From Andalucia godoyi And28 (Eukaryota > Protista > Jakobida): a stretch of 64,000 nt of DNA. Where the stretch lies: positions 197,695-261,694 of the forward strand of contig VRVR01000019.1 in the NCBI GenBank assembly GCA_009859145.1, in the 5' to 3' direction. Positions 1-11,087 of the stretch are shown in pieces (positions within the stretch are counted from its first letter, which is position 1; the number at the start of each line of letters is the position of its first letter). The notes beneath the pieces were generated by a model that worked only from the letters and a program-made list of their open reading frames with translations, ran no database searches and was not told where the DNA came from. Position numbers and translations under genes: made by a program.

Positions 1-152
1 GGGGGGGGGAATTTAAAAAAACGACAACAGCAAAGCCATTCGTTGATGTAAAAGTGGGACTTGTGATTTGGATATGTACATGGGTGTGATAAAGAACATT
101 TTGAAAAAAACAACGGCGACATTATGGGGAAAAGGGGGGTACGGACGATAGT

Positions 153-2171
153 TCAGGGAAAACGCGGTGGTTCGTTCTCATCGGAGGAATCGTCGTCAAT
201 CGTCTCTTCCAGCTCATCGACCACGGAGGCACGAAAGCAACCAGATACTTCCGTCGCTGAATTCGAGGAAAAAGCCCCTGCGAATCCCTCGGGAGCCTGC
301 AGAGTATGGGCAACCCGGAGTGGAGCGTACCACCATGGACTCGAAATCATCCGAGTGCTTGCTATCTTCCCTTTGGTCCCAGATGGTGGACGCATTTTGT
401 ACAAGTGTCCCGGATGCACCCGAGATCGATTCAGCACTCGCAAGCCGAGACTCGCAATTGCAAATCCCAAATCCTCGTGAAGAGGATGCAAAAAAGCCGA
501 TCCAAGAAAGGTATCTGCTAGAGAAAAGTGATCCCCAATCATCTCAATGTCATCGAGAGACGTCACAAATTCTGTAAAGTTGGCGTGCGACCACGCCAGT
601 AACGAGGATTGCGCAGAACCGATTGTTCTGAAGACCACATTATCCATCGACTCTGCTGTGGTCGCCGACATCCTGTCCGAATTCAAGGAAGGCCGGCTGT
701 TTCCTACGATGCCGCCATACAACTGCACACGGCCGGGAAGAGAAAAGATATTTTCTTCTGCTTTGCCATACAGCAATTTTCCAGTAGCATGAAAAATATC
801 AAGCAAATCATCCTTCTCCCCTGCGATGCCGATCTCAAACTGCCGAATTGCGAGGCGCAAATCTCCGCCACAGCACGCCGACAGCTTCTGCACCAGCGAA
901 TCGAGGTTGGGACGACTGGCGCCTGACACGGATATGAGTCGTTCCAACGCCTTCTTGACAAACGAGGGTGCTATAGGATTCATGGAAATTGTCGACGCCT
1001 TCACTCTCGACCAAGCCTGCGGAGTCGACATGGAATGGACCGTCTGCGCAGAAGCCTGAGCTCTTGACTCAAACCTCCCGCTGTTTCGCGTAGAGCTGGA
1101 GTCGGCAAGCCCCGAGGAAGTGTTAACGGCAATCACGACAGGCATGGACACTGCAATCCGCTGGATGGCCAGGAACCACGAAGAAAACGATTCCTCCGTT
1201 GCGGTGGATGACGGAGGCCCAGTACCGAATCGCAAATGGAAATCTTCAAAATCGACCATAAGCAAACTTGGCACGCTTTCACGACGACTGCACTTTTCCG
1301 ACATCCGGTTTTCACCATTCGAGCGATTCGAAAGGTCCTTTGTCACATGCCGCAGAAACTCTCGAGAAGACACGGAACTGTCGAACTCTTGGGGCATTTC
1401 GCGAAACTGCAGCCCAAGTTCCGAACACAAGACACGCACAACGGTTGTCTTTCCACATCCCGAAGGTCCGAGTAGCACTAACACTCGAAGGTGAGGATTC
1501 AAAGGAGAGGTCGATGCGGCATTCAGCATCCAACTTCGTATTTCATTCACCTTTGCGCTGTGGACACAAAGATCCGAAGAATGAGACGGTTCGTAATTTT
1601 CCGCAATCATCAATGTCCTCTTCTTCGTCGATTTCGAAGACGAGAACGCCAAAGACTGCGAAGATTGGAACGACGACAGCGGTGACAACGACGATGCCGA
1701 TTTTCTGGCTCCGAAAACAAGTTGTTTCAAAGACATCGTCGGGATTGGACCATGATCTGCAGTCTTCCATCCACTCGCACTCGGATGTCTCGTCTGACCA
1801 GTCTCTTTTTCCTTGAGACTACTGTTCTTCTTTTTCTTCTTCAGAGACGAAGCACTTTCTTGATAGGAGACGTCATCGCTCTCAAAATCCTCGTTCTGAT
1901 TGTTTCCACAAGCCCCGGACGCTGTTATTGCTGTGCGCTTTCGTCTCCCAGACGTTGTAGCCACAGTTCCGCCTGCATGAGAACCCGCGCCTTCGTTCAA
2001 AGCTGCAGACATCGAGGTCCCATCACGATCGCCACCGCTTCCGTGACCATTTCCATCTTTATCTTCTTCTTCATCTGAATCGACCAACTTCCGTTTTCCT
2101 CTCGGCGGCTTTCTCATCGCACACACCTGCCGCCCCCCCACAAATAGCAAACTGAGGAACGTAAAGTACAA
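153..2171 (-). CDS. RAD17: Cell-cycle checkpoint clamp loader RAD17/Rad24 (AAA+)
   Basis: 672-aa ORF with DLCVHSAKVNEIRSWM, Walker A GPSGCGKTT, CGGDLRLAI and DIFHATGKLLYGK. The start may be the second Met (MRKPP). Confidence 0.88.
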   Translation of the reverse strand: MYFTFLSLLFVGGRQVCAMRKPPRGKRKLVDSDEEEDKDGNGHGSGGDRDGTSMSAALNEGAGSHAGGTVATTSGRRKRTAITASGACGNNQNEDFESDDVSYQESASSLKKKKKNSSLKEKETGQTRHPSASGWKTADHGPIPTMSLKQLVFGARKSASSLSPLSSFQSSQSLAFSSSKSTKKRTLMIAENYEPSHSSDLCVHSAKVNEIRSWMLNAASTSPLNPHLRVLVLLGPSGCGKTTVVRVLCSELGLQFREMPQEFDSSVSSREFLRHVTKDLSNRSNGENRMSEKCSRRESVPSLLMVDFEDFHLRFGTGPPSSTATEESFSSWFLAIQRIAVSMPVVIAVNTSSGLADSSSTRNSGRFESRAQASAQTVHSMSTPQAWSRVKASTISMNPIAPSFVKKALERLISVSGASRPNLDSLVQKLSACCGGDLRLAIRQFEIGIAGEKDDLLDIFHATGKLLYGKAEENIFSLPGRVQLYGGIVGNSRPSLNSDRMSATTAESMDNVVFRTIGSAQSSLLAWSHANFTEFVTSLDDIEMIGDHFSLADTFLGSAFLHPLHEDLGFAIASLGLRVLNRSRVHPGHLYKMRPPSGTKGKIASTRMISSPWWYAPLRVAHTLQAPEGFAGAFSSNSATEVSGCFRASVVDELEETIDDDSSDENEPPRFP

Positions 2172-2305
2172 TGATGGAAAAGCAGAAAAAGCAGAAGAGA
2201 AAAAAGAAAAGGAAGTAAAGAAAGACCAAGGAATTTTCCCGCGAAATCACAACTACGACAGACGTATTGTGTGTTGACTTTTTGTCGCCTGTGTCCTGCG
2301 GGATG

Positions 2306-4306
2306 TCACATGACGGGACAGTACTCCTTCTTGATCAGTCCTTTCTTCAAGTACTGAATGAAACTAGGTTCTTCGGTTTGTACAGTGGCATTGAACACTA
2401 CTTTCGATTGTTCCTTCCCGGAACCGCCAACATGTCGAGACGACATTGTGATGTCGTTATGGTGCATTTCCAATGCGCCGTCATTGCTCAATGATTCGGG
2501 AAAAGCAGAAGGTTTGCCTTGTGTGCCTCGGAGCTTACTGGGGTCTTCCACAGGCATTCTTTTAACCAGACTCTGCGGCACAGGTAGACGGACAGCCTCA
2601 AGAGATGTCATGGTGGAGGAAGCCGGTCTGCTATCAGAAGAATGCGTCTTGAACCGTTTTGGGGTGGGACTGTCGTCCGAGTCGCTCTCCTGGCTGACAA
2701 TCGTCATCTGCGAGTCGATGTCTCCCATAGCACGAAGATCGTCAAGCAGACGTGCATCTTCTTCGAAAGAGTCCGAGTACACGATGACCGGGGGATCATT
2801 TGGGTCCGCTGCCAGACGAAGGGGAGCTGTCTCCGCCTCTTCATGACGGGAATGTCCCGCCGTACTGGAGCGCGCGGGAGAAAACTCGACAGGCTGATGC
2901 CTCCTTTTTGGCGGCCTTTTGAATTCCTTGTCCATCTTCACGAGCGTTTCCAGTCTGTGACCGCGGACGGCAAGGAATGCTTCTTTCAGATCCGCGTTGC
3001 GAGAGGCCATGGTATCTTGCACCGTCACCGGCAGTCGCTGACGGATCTTCGCCCAAATTTCCTCGATGTTTTCCACGACGTTGGAAGACGGAAACAAGTG
3101 GCGAATGGAATAGCCGCTGCGCGTAAGACCAATGACATGACGCGGTCGAATACTATCCACAAAGGACAAGAGTTCAGAATATGACGAGTGGATGGAGTAA
3201 GGAACGCGGAAGACGTTGTACATTTGTCCTCCATCTACCATGAGACACTGTGTTGCGATATGAGCGTCGTCAGTGTCGTCGACATCGAAATCGGCGATGG
3301 CCGCCAGACGATGGGTGTCGATGGCGTTTGAAGATGATGATCCGGATGTGCACGCCCCCCGTGCTCCCGTCGCAAACAGCTGTCTCCATACTTCTGATTT
3401 CCTGATCTGTCCATGGGTTTCGCTGGGGGAAGCCTTTTGTGGATACGCAGGAGCAATGTCCGGCAAAATCGACGACTCGCTGCGATGCATCCATCCAGAC
3501 GGGACGATTGCAACCACAGTCTGTCCCATACTGACTGCCAGTTTTTTTATGTTGGCACGAGAGACGTTTCGTCGAGGAATCACCAGCAGTCTGGACTCGT
3601 TGACATTGGTAGTGAAAACGTCGGGAAATCCCAACAGCTTGAGGCATTCGAAGCGCTCATGGTCGACGGCAACGAGGGTCTGGAGGGCTTCGGCTAGTTC
3701 AACTAACAGCTCTTCTTTTCCCAACGAGTCAATGCCGACGACGAAGAAGGTTTCTGGGTCGAACTTCAGCACCAAACTCCGTATTTGCTCCAAGCACTCT
3801 GGCTGCGACGGGAAATCGTGCACGGGATCGAGGAAGGTGTCGTCGAGAACAAGCAGATCCACACCACGGAGGAATGGATTTTCTTCAATCATCTTTGGAA
3901 TTTGCGCGCGAAAATCGCCAGTCAGCAGAATCCGCCCAAAGTAACCTTCGAGGTAAAACATGAGGGCACCAGGAGCATGATTTGCATCCAAAGCTCGAAG
4001 TTTCATAAACTCGATCCCACAGGCATCGACGCAGATCCTTTCGTCCTTTCCGATTTCGACAGTTTGTATGTAGTCGTCGGAAATATCAAACTTCCTTTGG
4101 AGCAGTAGTTTCGATTTCAGGGAGCAATAAATGATGCCAAAGTTCCACCGATTGCACAAACCTGCAGTGTGATCAGCATGAAGATGCGAAAGCAGGTAGA
4201 CGCTGACTCCTTCCGTATATGCGAAACGATCCACACATATTGGAGTACCCGGTATTCGTCCATTCCAGTTCATATTGCTGCCTTCTGCTACTGTGTAAAA
4301 TTCCAA
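2306..4306 (-). CDS. DCLRE1B: SNM1-family metallo-beta-lactamase/beta-CASP DNA cross-link repair nuclease, Apollo/SNM1B-like
   Basis: ICVDRF, LSHLHADHTAGL (HxHxDH), DANHAPGALMF, TGDFR, DDTF and VPYSIHSSYSEL motifs, followed by a disordered C-terminal tail. Confidence 0.82.
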   Translation of the reverse strand: MEFYTVAEGSNMNWNGRIPGTPICVDRFAYTEGVSVYLLSHLHADHTAGLCNRWNFGIIYCSLKSKLLLQRKFDISDDYIQTVEIGKDERICVDACGIEFMKLRALDANHAPGALMFYLEGYFGRILLTGDFRAQIPKMIEENPFLRGVDLLVLDDTFLDPVHDFPSQPECLEQIRSLVLKFDPETFFVVGIDSLGKEELLVELAEALQTLVAVDHERFECLKLLGFPDVFTTNVNESRLLVIPRRNVSRANIKKLAVSMGQTVVAIVPSGWMHRSESSILPDIAPAYPQKASPSETHGQIRKSEVWRQLFATGARGACTSGSSSSNAIDTHRLAAIADFDVDDTDDAHIATQCLMVDGGQMYNVFRVPYSIHSSYSELLSFVDSIRPRHVIGLTRSGYSIRHLFPSSNVVENIEEIWAKIRQRLPVTVQDTMASRNADLKEAFLAVRGHRLETLVKMDKEFKRPPKRRHQPVEFSPARSSTAGHSRHEEAETAPLRLAADPNDPPVIVYSDSFEEDARLLDDLRAMGDIDSQMTIVSQESDSDDSPTPKRFKTHSSDSRPASSTMTSLEAVRLPVPQSLVKRMPVEDPSKLRGTQGKPSAFPESLSNDGALEMHHNDITMSSRHVGGSGKEQSKVVFNATVQTEEPSFIQYLKKGLIKKEYCPVM

Positions 4307-4678
4307 ATGTCACAGAAAACGATGATCCAGCCACTCAGTAAGCGTGTGATTCTTTTGACACCAGTCTTACCAGAAGTTCAGCACCAAGAGCGACAGAACA
4401 AACACCAAAAGAGAACACTTTGCGTTTTAGGTGCGTCAGCAATCAACAAAATAGTTCCCCGCCCCGCAACGATGCCTTTCACTTTCGGCGGGGTACCGAC
4501 ATCTACAGTCAGAGGGTGTACGACAAGTGAGGCGCACTGACTGGGTTCCCCCCTTCCCGGTGGTGATCAGTGGTCAGTCCGTGGACGCCTGCGGCCTGCC
4601 AACGGAAAAAGGTTTGCTATTCGGCAGTGAGCTATATATATTCTATTATCATACACTAGGTGATACATGCATGCAGGA

Positions 4679-5908
4679 TTACGGATTTCGAAAGTGGCTC
4701 CGAGACGTTGTTCCACTGGGATTTCCAAGAGTGTTGGGCATAATATCCATCAGCGACAAGTCACCCTCGAACATTTCTTTCGCATAAGCGACAGTAGCGG
4801 GCCAGAGTATGAGCGGGCGCGATACAAGCACTGAGAAGTCCACCTTTCCGACTTCATTCCTCAGGAACAACGACTGTGTGAGGAAGATGCGACCTTGGTA
4901 CAGCGGATCCACTGTGCGATATGCAATCACGCGAGGATTCATCTGTGCTCGCCACCACGTCCGCAGAATAACATCAAGATGCTGTTCAGGAAAAAAGCGT
5001 ACGATTGCAAGCGTCTTGTCAATGATTGCGTCTCGCGGGACCTCGGTCCATCTGAAAAGGGCATCGGTGGACCACACAACGGTGTCGTGGGCATTGTTGA
5101 CCTTCACCACGGAGTTTGGTCCAGCACAGTCAACAACAGCTTGCATTCCCTGGGATGCTGTCAGAATATCGAGAATTGACTTGTTGATACTTGGTACGTC
5201 TAGAGGATTTGCGATGCCGTGCAACTGGGGATCAATGGATCGAAGCGATTGCTTCACTGACTGGTATGTTGCCAGAAGTTGGCGAAATGCCTTGAAAAGC
5301 TGCATACAGTGTACTCTGTCTTCTTCTGCGAGAAATGGGGTCACGGGCGGATGCAAGTCCTTGTTTGACAGCGTGTGAGATATGATACACATCGGCGCTG
5401 ACCGGTATGTTTGGTATCGAAGAAACTCCTGAATGTGCGGTAGGAGTTCAATCTTCCGCTTGCCAGAAGGACCATCTTCTTCATACATGGCGATCGCAGA
5501 CGGATCACAGTCCAAGTCCTTTTTGCAGGCTGATGGAGCACCGCTGTGCTCCAACCGTCGGACGCTTTCCCCATCAGGAAGCGAACGATAATAGTACGCG
5601 AGATGATGGCTCGCCTCAAAGTCTGAAGCCGAAAGAGTCTGCCAAACGCGCTTTCGGCACGCCGGTGCTGGAAGCACACATGTAAGATCTTGGTCAATGC
5701 ATCGTGAACACGGAAACACCCCCGAACAAGCCGCATGCGCCGCTCTGCAAGAATCACATGCTCGCTTGTTCGGATTGCTCGACAGGATTCTATTCTTCTT
5801 GTTTGCGGCAGACTGCACGGATGAACGAATTCCGTGGGAATGGGTAACGATTGATGTATTACTGGACGCTAGCGATGAGGCAGTGCTGTGAAAGAAAGGA
5901 GTCGACAT
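4679..5908 (-). CDS. Zn(II)2Cys6 binuclear-cluster transcription factor
   Basis: KRACDSCRAAHAACSGVFPCSRCIDQDLTC motif, with a PAS-like C-terminal segment. The start is taken at MSTPFF (5908); the ORF track extends to 6055. Confidence 0.8.
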   Translation of the reverse strand: MSTPFFHSTASSLASSNTSIVTHSHGIRSSVQSAANKKNRILSSNPNKRACDSCRAAHAACSGVFPCSRCIDQDLTCVLPAPACRKRVWQTLSASDFEASHHLAYYYRSLPDGESVRRLEHSGAPSACKKDLDCDPSAIAMYEEDGPSGKRKIELLPHIQEFLRYQTYRSAPMCIISHTLSNKDLHPPVTPFLAEEDRVHCMQLFKAFRQLLATYQSVKQSLRSIDPQLHGIANPLDVPSINKSILDILTASQGMQAVVDCAGPNSVVKVNNAHDTVVWSTDALFRWTEVPRDAIIDKTLAIVRFFPEQHLDVILRTWWRAQMNPRVIAYRTVDPLYQGRIFLTQSLFLRNEVGKVDFSVLVSRPLILWPATVAYAKEMFEGDLSLMDIMPNTLGNPSGTTSRSHFRNP

Positions 5909-6818
5909 GGGTGATGAGGGGGAATCAAAAAAAGCTGTATGCACCAGCTGCGTTTTTTTCTCTCCAGCAACCAGACAACTTCCCCAAACAATGCTGCTTT
6001 TGCTTCTGAATGCTCCACCTGTTGTGTCGAAAATCACAGATGACTGTCCACACACACAAACAAAAAGACCTAGATGAAGTACACACTACGAGGTCGGGGG
6101 GGGAAAGTTTCTCGCCGCAAACTCGAAAGTCAGTCAGTTTACTTGTTTTCAAACGAAGACGTCTAGTTTTGATGGTTTGTCCCAGCATCTGCCCATCTCT
6201 GTTCTGCATGCAAGCAGAGGGCAGAGCCGGGCTCTGCACGGACGTCACGTGGTCGTGCTCGTAGCAGAAACCATTTTTTTCCTGGACAGCAGCCATTGGG
6301 AGTGGCAGACGGGAGGAGGGCCAGGGACTGTAATCTCCGATTCTACTCGGACTCCAGTTCAATAGCAAAGTCCGTGCAGCGGTATGGGCAGAATGGCGCA
6401 CGTTTTGTTGCGAGTGGGCCCCTCGGGAGAAAAAAAAAACGACGACGAGGACGGCGCCAGCGCCTACATTGTACACTAATCCACGGATAATCATCGCTGA
6501 TCACCCATAATCAATGCTGCAACCCAACAACATGCATAATGCAGCGCGGCGGCGTGTGTATAGGGATTTCATGATCAAAATGGGAGGCGAAACGAATCGG
6601 GCATCGTGTGACGGAGTTGCTTAAGATGACAAGCGCATGCGCATGGGCGCGTGGCAGTGGTTCTGTTTGCGTGCGCTTTAGATTGCTTCATCATATCGCA
6701 ATAAGTGGCAGCGGCACGGGAAGCCGAGTTCGAGGCTGTGACAAGATAGAAGACAATGCTCGTAGCCCATGAGGGTAGAAATAGAGTGTGTTCTTCTTTT
6801 TTAAATTTTAATTAGAAA

Positions 6819-8324
6819 TTACTCGCCTTGCCCCATTGAAAATCCTGGCTTTCCATCAAAGAAATAAAGATTCTCTGTCTTGATCACATCGACGCCACGA
6901 GAAGCCAAGCATTCCAATAGTTTCACAACCTGCGCATACGGAAGAGGAGAATTGTCCATTGAACGGAATCGGCATCTCCAATGATCCACTGTGAACGTCT
7001 CGGGATATCCGTCTGGCCACACCTTGACTCCGCGATTCGTGATCAACTTCAAGCCGACGTCTTTGCACGTTGTTGTGGAACTTGTCAGGATGTTTGCAAG
7101 GTCGGAGGGCGTGCCGTTGGTGTATTCCACGAAAATATCCACTCCCATGAGTTCCTTCTTCTGCAGCTTGGCAGATGGCAGAGCGGCCCTATCTGAGAAC
7201 AGCGACGGGCGCGAGCTGGTCGAGTCCGGAGAGAGCGCCGCTCCAGAGTACTTTAGAGGCTTCAAAACTCTGGGAAGCATTTCCAACTCCGAGTTTTTCG
7301 CAACCGCCGCAGCAAACTCGCGGGTTCCTACGGCCTTGTCTTTTGATTCCGCAATGTCCACCGTTCGGATACCAGATTCCACTGTAGCCAACCAAGCATT
7401 ATGCAGCCGCGACGCAACGTCGGCTTGCCCCAGATGGTTCAACATCATCACAGATGAAAGAAGCATTCCCGAGGGATTCGCAATGTTCTTTCCCGCAATC
7501 GTCGGCGCTGACCCGTGCACAGCCTCGAACATTGCATGCGTAGCTCCGATATTCGCAGACGCGCCGATGCCCACTGACCCGGAAATCTCGGCTGCAATAT
7601 CGGAAATAATGTCTCCGTAGAGGTTGAGTGTGACGATGACGTCAAACGCCGTGGGGTTGTTTGCCAATCGCGCTGCGCCAATGTCGATGATCATGACGTC
7701 CTGCTGAATTTCCGGATACTGCTCTCCTACCTCGCGGAAGACGCGGGTGAACAGGCCATCGGTTGCCTTCATGATGTTGTCCTTGACCATGCAGGTGACC
7801 TTCTTTCGGTTGTTTTTCTTGGCATAATCAAACGCGTACCGTACAATCCGTTCGCAACCAGGCTGGGTGATTAGCTTCAGACACTGAATCACCTGCTGTG
7901 TCTGGCGATGCTCAATTCCAGCGTACAAGTCCTCTTCGTTTTCACGAATGATGACCACATCCATGTCCGGAAACCTCGTTGGGATTGCAGGCGAAACCGC
8001 AACCACTGGCCGCATGTTGCAGTACAGCCCAAGGGTTTTCCGCAAACTCACATTCAGTGATTTGTACCCGGAACCTTGCGGCGTCGTGATCGGCCCTTTA
8101 AGAAGGACCTTGTTGCGGCGGATGGTGTCCCATGCACTCGGGGGAATTCCAGACGAATGCCCAGCCAAGTATGCTTGCTCACCCACAGATACTTCCTGAA
8201 TGTCCAGCTGTGCACCAGAAGCTTTCAGACAGTGCACTACTGCGTCGGAGAGCGAAGGACCAATGCCATCGCCACGCGCGAGGGTGATGACGGGACGCGA
8301 AGTTGAGGAGAATCGTCGAAGCAT
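6819..8324 (-). CDS. icd: Isocitrate dehydrogenase, long bacterial type, with a predicted mitochondrial presequence
   Basis: GDGIGP, LLKGPITTPQGSGYKSLNVSLRK, IRENEEDLYAGIEH, NLYGDIISD and FEAVHGSAP motifs; C-terminal extension ITNRGVKVWP..PETFTVDHWRCRF; N-terminus MLRRFSSTSRP. Confidence 0.9.
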   Translation of the reverse strand: MLRRFSSTSRPVITLARGDGIGPSLSDAVVHCLKASGAQLDIQEVSVGEQAYLAGHSSGIPPSAWDTIRRNKVLLKGPITTPQGSGYKSLNVSLRKTLGLYCNMRPVVAVSPAIPTRFPDMDVVIIRENEEDLYAGIEHRQTQQVIQCLKLITQPGCERIVRYAFDYAKKNNRKKVTCMVKDNIMKATDGLFTRVFREVGEQYPEIQQDVMIIDIGAARLANNPTAFDVIVTLNLYGDIISDIAAEISGSVGIGASANIGATHAMFEAVHGSAPTIAGKNIANPSGMLLSSVMMLNHLGQADVASRLHNAWLATVESGIRTVDIAESKDKAVGTREFAAAVAKNSELEMLPRVLKPLKYSGAALSPDSTSSRPSLFSDRAALPSAKLQKKELMGVDIFVEYTNGTPSDLANILTSSTTTCKDVGLKLITNRGVKVWPDGYPETFTVDHWRCRFRSMDNSPLPYAQVVKLLECLASRGVDVIKTENLYFFDGKPGFSMGQGE

Positions 8325-9140
8325 TATCCTGTGGAAGACAGTTATCGATCTCGAGGTCTGTTTTCCTTTTCCCTTTCCTTTTCCTTTTTTTAAACTTTTT
8401 GTTTAATGTCTTGTTGTTGTCGTCTTTGCAATTGTTCACGGTTAGTGAAAGGCTGCTTTTCAGACGAGATTCTTTATTTAAAATAAGAAATAAAGTAAAA
8501 AAACCAGATTCCGTGTGAAACACACAGGAAAGGAGGGGTTTTGAAATCTGCAGATCTGGATGCCCTTTAGTACAACACTCGGCCACTCTCCCTACACAGT
8601 ACACACGCGCACCCCTGGGTGGGCCGACTCCGATTTGCCGCGGTCGAACGAACGAGCAGCCAGAGAACGCAGCCAGCGGAGCACTTCGCAGGAAACACTG
8701 TTGCCACATTTGGAAATTTTTCAGCAAGCACTCGTCAATTCCTGTCAATCAAATGTGCTGTTGATGGGGAAAAAAAGATTGAAACAAGCGGCCATTCTTG
8801 CCAGTTTTGTGTCACTCTGCGGTTTTTCGGGGAAAAGTAGAATCGGTAGAACTCCTCAAAGAATAATAATCGAAAGAAAAATAGTCGTAAAAAACCGTTT
8901 AATTTTAGAGACTCGTCCTCAAAAACAAAATTGAAATTAAAATTTAAAAAAAAATAGTAATTCATAATCATAAAAAACAATCAAAACCAAAGGAGGGGAA
9001 AAGACTCGACTTGGAAATGGAGAGAGGGGAGAACCGCAAAACTGATAAAGAAAACGAGGGTATACGAAAGCAAAAATGGAAAACCGGGTCCGAAGAAAAT
9101 CAAAAACACAGAGGTAAAATAAAAAAAAAACATCTCCTTC

Positions 9141-11087
9141 TCAGACGACCTTGATGGTGAACTTCTGGGACCGGTTGGAAAAGTTGTTGTTCCGTGAGCA
9201 CATGAAATGCCACGTTCCGGGGTTCAGCTGAACAGGTATTGCTCGATAGTACGCAGGTGCGTTGTTGAGGTTCTGATCGATGTCGATTGCTGAGGTCAAC
9301 CCCGCTCGAGCAAGATCCCGGATGAAATCATCACGACTGTTGTCGTTCCAAACACGCCTGATTGCCTTCTGCGCATCCATGCGATCCATTGGGAAGTTGC
9401 CATCCCGGTTGGACATGAAGACAATGTTTGAGCGGTCTGTGTTCTCAGCTCCCTGCCCAGCACCTGCCGGGGTCGTGTTCGACCCGGTCCATTGGAAGAC
9501 AACCCAGTCGTCCTGCGACACCGTCAGATCAGGAGGAGTGTAGTCATACTCCACAGCAGGATACACTTGCACAATGTTGCCACGACGTCCACGGACATTC
9601 ACATTCACAACACGAGTTGAATCTGCCATTCCAGTGGGGCGGTCCATCAGATAAAAGACATGCGTACGATCCTGGAACGTACGGGGCGTCTGCGCAGTGT
9701 CGACGGCAAGAGCCAGACCTTGCATCGCCCCAGTATTCAAATTGACAATGGGGTCTTCTTCAAAGAAGTTCAGGTTGGACGGATCCATCGGAACCGCATG
9801 GCGCTCATTGCCAGGATTCGGAGAATTGAAATTGGAATCAATATTGAAGGCATCCGAGTACGTTGCGTACTGCGCCGTCGTGTTGACACCAGGGGGCATT
9901 TGCCATGGCTGGAGACCGTGGAGATCGCCCGTAGTAATGTTGTACCGAAGGCGGAGCAGGCAACGACACTCCGTGGTTCCACAGGCCTGTTCCGTTGTCG
10001 GGGTCTTCCAGAGATAGCTTGGTGGAAGACCATCCAGAGAATTTCCAAGATGATTGTCGCGTCCCCACTCTGCCTCCCGACAATCGACATTCGGCATGTT
10101 CACACCGTCTCCGGTAGCTGCGTTATTTGGTCCCCACATGGTAGTCGTAGTTTTGGATGCCCAAACGCAGGTTCCTGACGCGGTGCAAGCATTTTGGTTG
10201 TTGAACGTCCAGCAAGTCCGCTGAGCAGTCGTCTGGCAACCCGTCGATGCCCAGGTCGGGCACTCGCACTCCTCGCGAGCAACATTATTAAACGACTGCG
10301 CCCGGTAGTACGCACAGCGCTTTTCCGGCTCAGAGGTCAACACTGCAATGTCTCTCCAGGTGGTGGGATGCCAGTAAGGGTAGTGGTCACGCTCCTCGGG
10401 GCATTCGTTGCCGGAACGAAGGCCACCCGGATTCTGGCGCGTATTCTGCGCTGCGTTTCCAACATTCTGATCTGCAATCCACAACCCGCGGTTTCGCGAA
10501 CGCGTCTGGCACTTGGTGTACCACGCAGTCGGTTCCTGGATACCGGCACCATTTGTGCCGTCTCCGTCGTTCGTGTTCGAGCCATCCGAAATAAGAAAAG
10601 TCTGCCCATTGTACTTACGAGGCGCGCCCAAAGCAGGAACACACTCGTACTGGATGACGATCTGGCAATTTGCCTTGCCATTCTTACCGCAAGAATGCTG
10701 CTGCGTCCATTCGATGTACATCTCTGAACCTTCAAAAAACCGGTAAGGAGCAGACTGCGTATTCGCTCCGTTTCCATCCGTCTGCGTAAGGTCTGCAAGC
10801 ACCCCCACATCGTTTCGGGTATTTCCCGTGCAACCGCTTGCAACAGCGCCGTATCCTGGATTCGCACGGTCATTTGAAGGATCAGGCATGTTCGGGCACC
10901 ACTCCCCAACATTGTATCCGCCGCGGTCATTGTTTTGAGAGTCAAACACACGATTCGGGTTCCTACGGTTTTGCTCCGCCTCGTTCAAACGATTGTTGGA
11001 GCCTGGAGGACTATGCAGATACACATCACCATGTACAAGCGCGACCAACAGCGCAACTCCACATAAAAGAAGGAGGAAACTGCGCAT
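9141..11087 (-). CDS. Secreted DD3-3-like protein
   Basis: Signal peptide then DVYLHSPPGSNNRLNE, FDSQNNDRGGYNVG, ECPEERDHYPYWHPTTWRDIA, RTFQDRTH, NVRGRRGNIVQVYPAVEYD and CSRNNNFSNRSQK, the motifs of the Dictyostelium DD3-3 family. Confidence 0.85.
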   Translation of the reverse strand: MRSFLLLLCGVALLVALVHGDVYLHSPPGSNNRLNEAEQNRRNPNRVFDSQNNDRGGYNVGEWCPNMPDPSNDRANPGYGAVASGCTGNTRNDVGVLADLTQTDGNGANTQSAPYRFFEGSEMYIEWTQQHSCGKNGKANCQIVIQYECVPALGAPRKYNGQTFLISDGSNTNDGDGTNGAGIQEPTAWYTKCQTRSRNRGLWIADQNVGNAAQNTRQNPGGLRSGNECPEERDHYPYWHPTTWRDIAVLTSEPEKRCAYYRAQSFNNVAREECECPTWASTGCQTTAQRTCWTFNNQNACTASGTCVWASKTTTTMWGPNNAATGDGVNMPNVDCREAEWGRDNHLGNSLDGLPPSYLWKTPTTEQACGTTECRCLLRLRYNITTGDLHGLQPWQMPPGVNTTAQYATYSDAFNIDSNFNSPNPGNERHAVPMDPSNLNFFEEDPIVNLNTGAMQGLALAVDTAQTPRTFQDRTHVFYLMDRPTGMADSTRVVNVNVRGRRGNIVQVYPAVEYDYTPPDLTVSQDDWVVFQWTGSNTTPAGAGQGAENTDRSNIVFMSNRDGNFPMDRMDAQKAIRRVWNDNSRDDFIRDLARAGLTSAIDIDQNLNNAPAYYRAIPVQLNPGTWHFMCSRNNNFSNRSQKFTIKVV

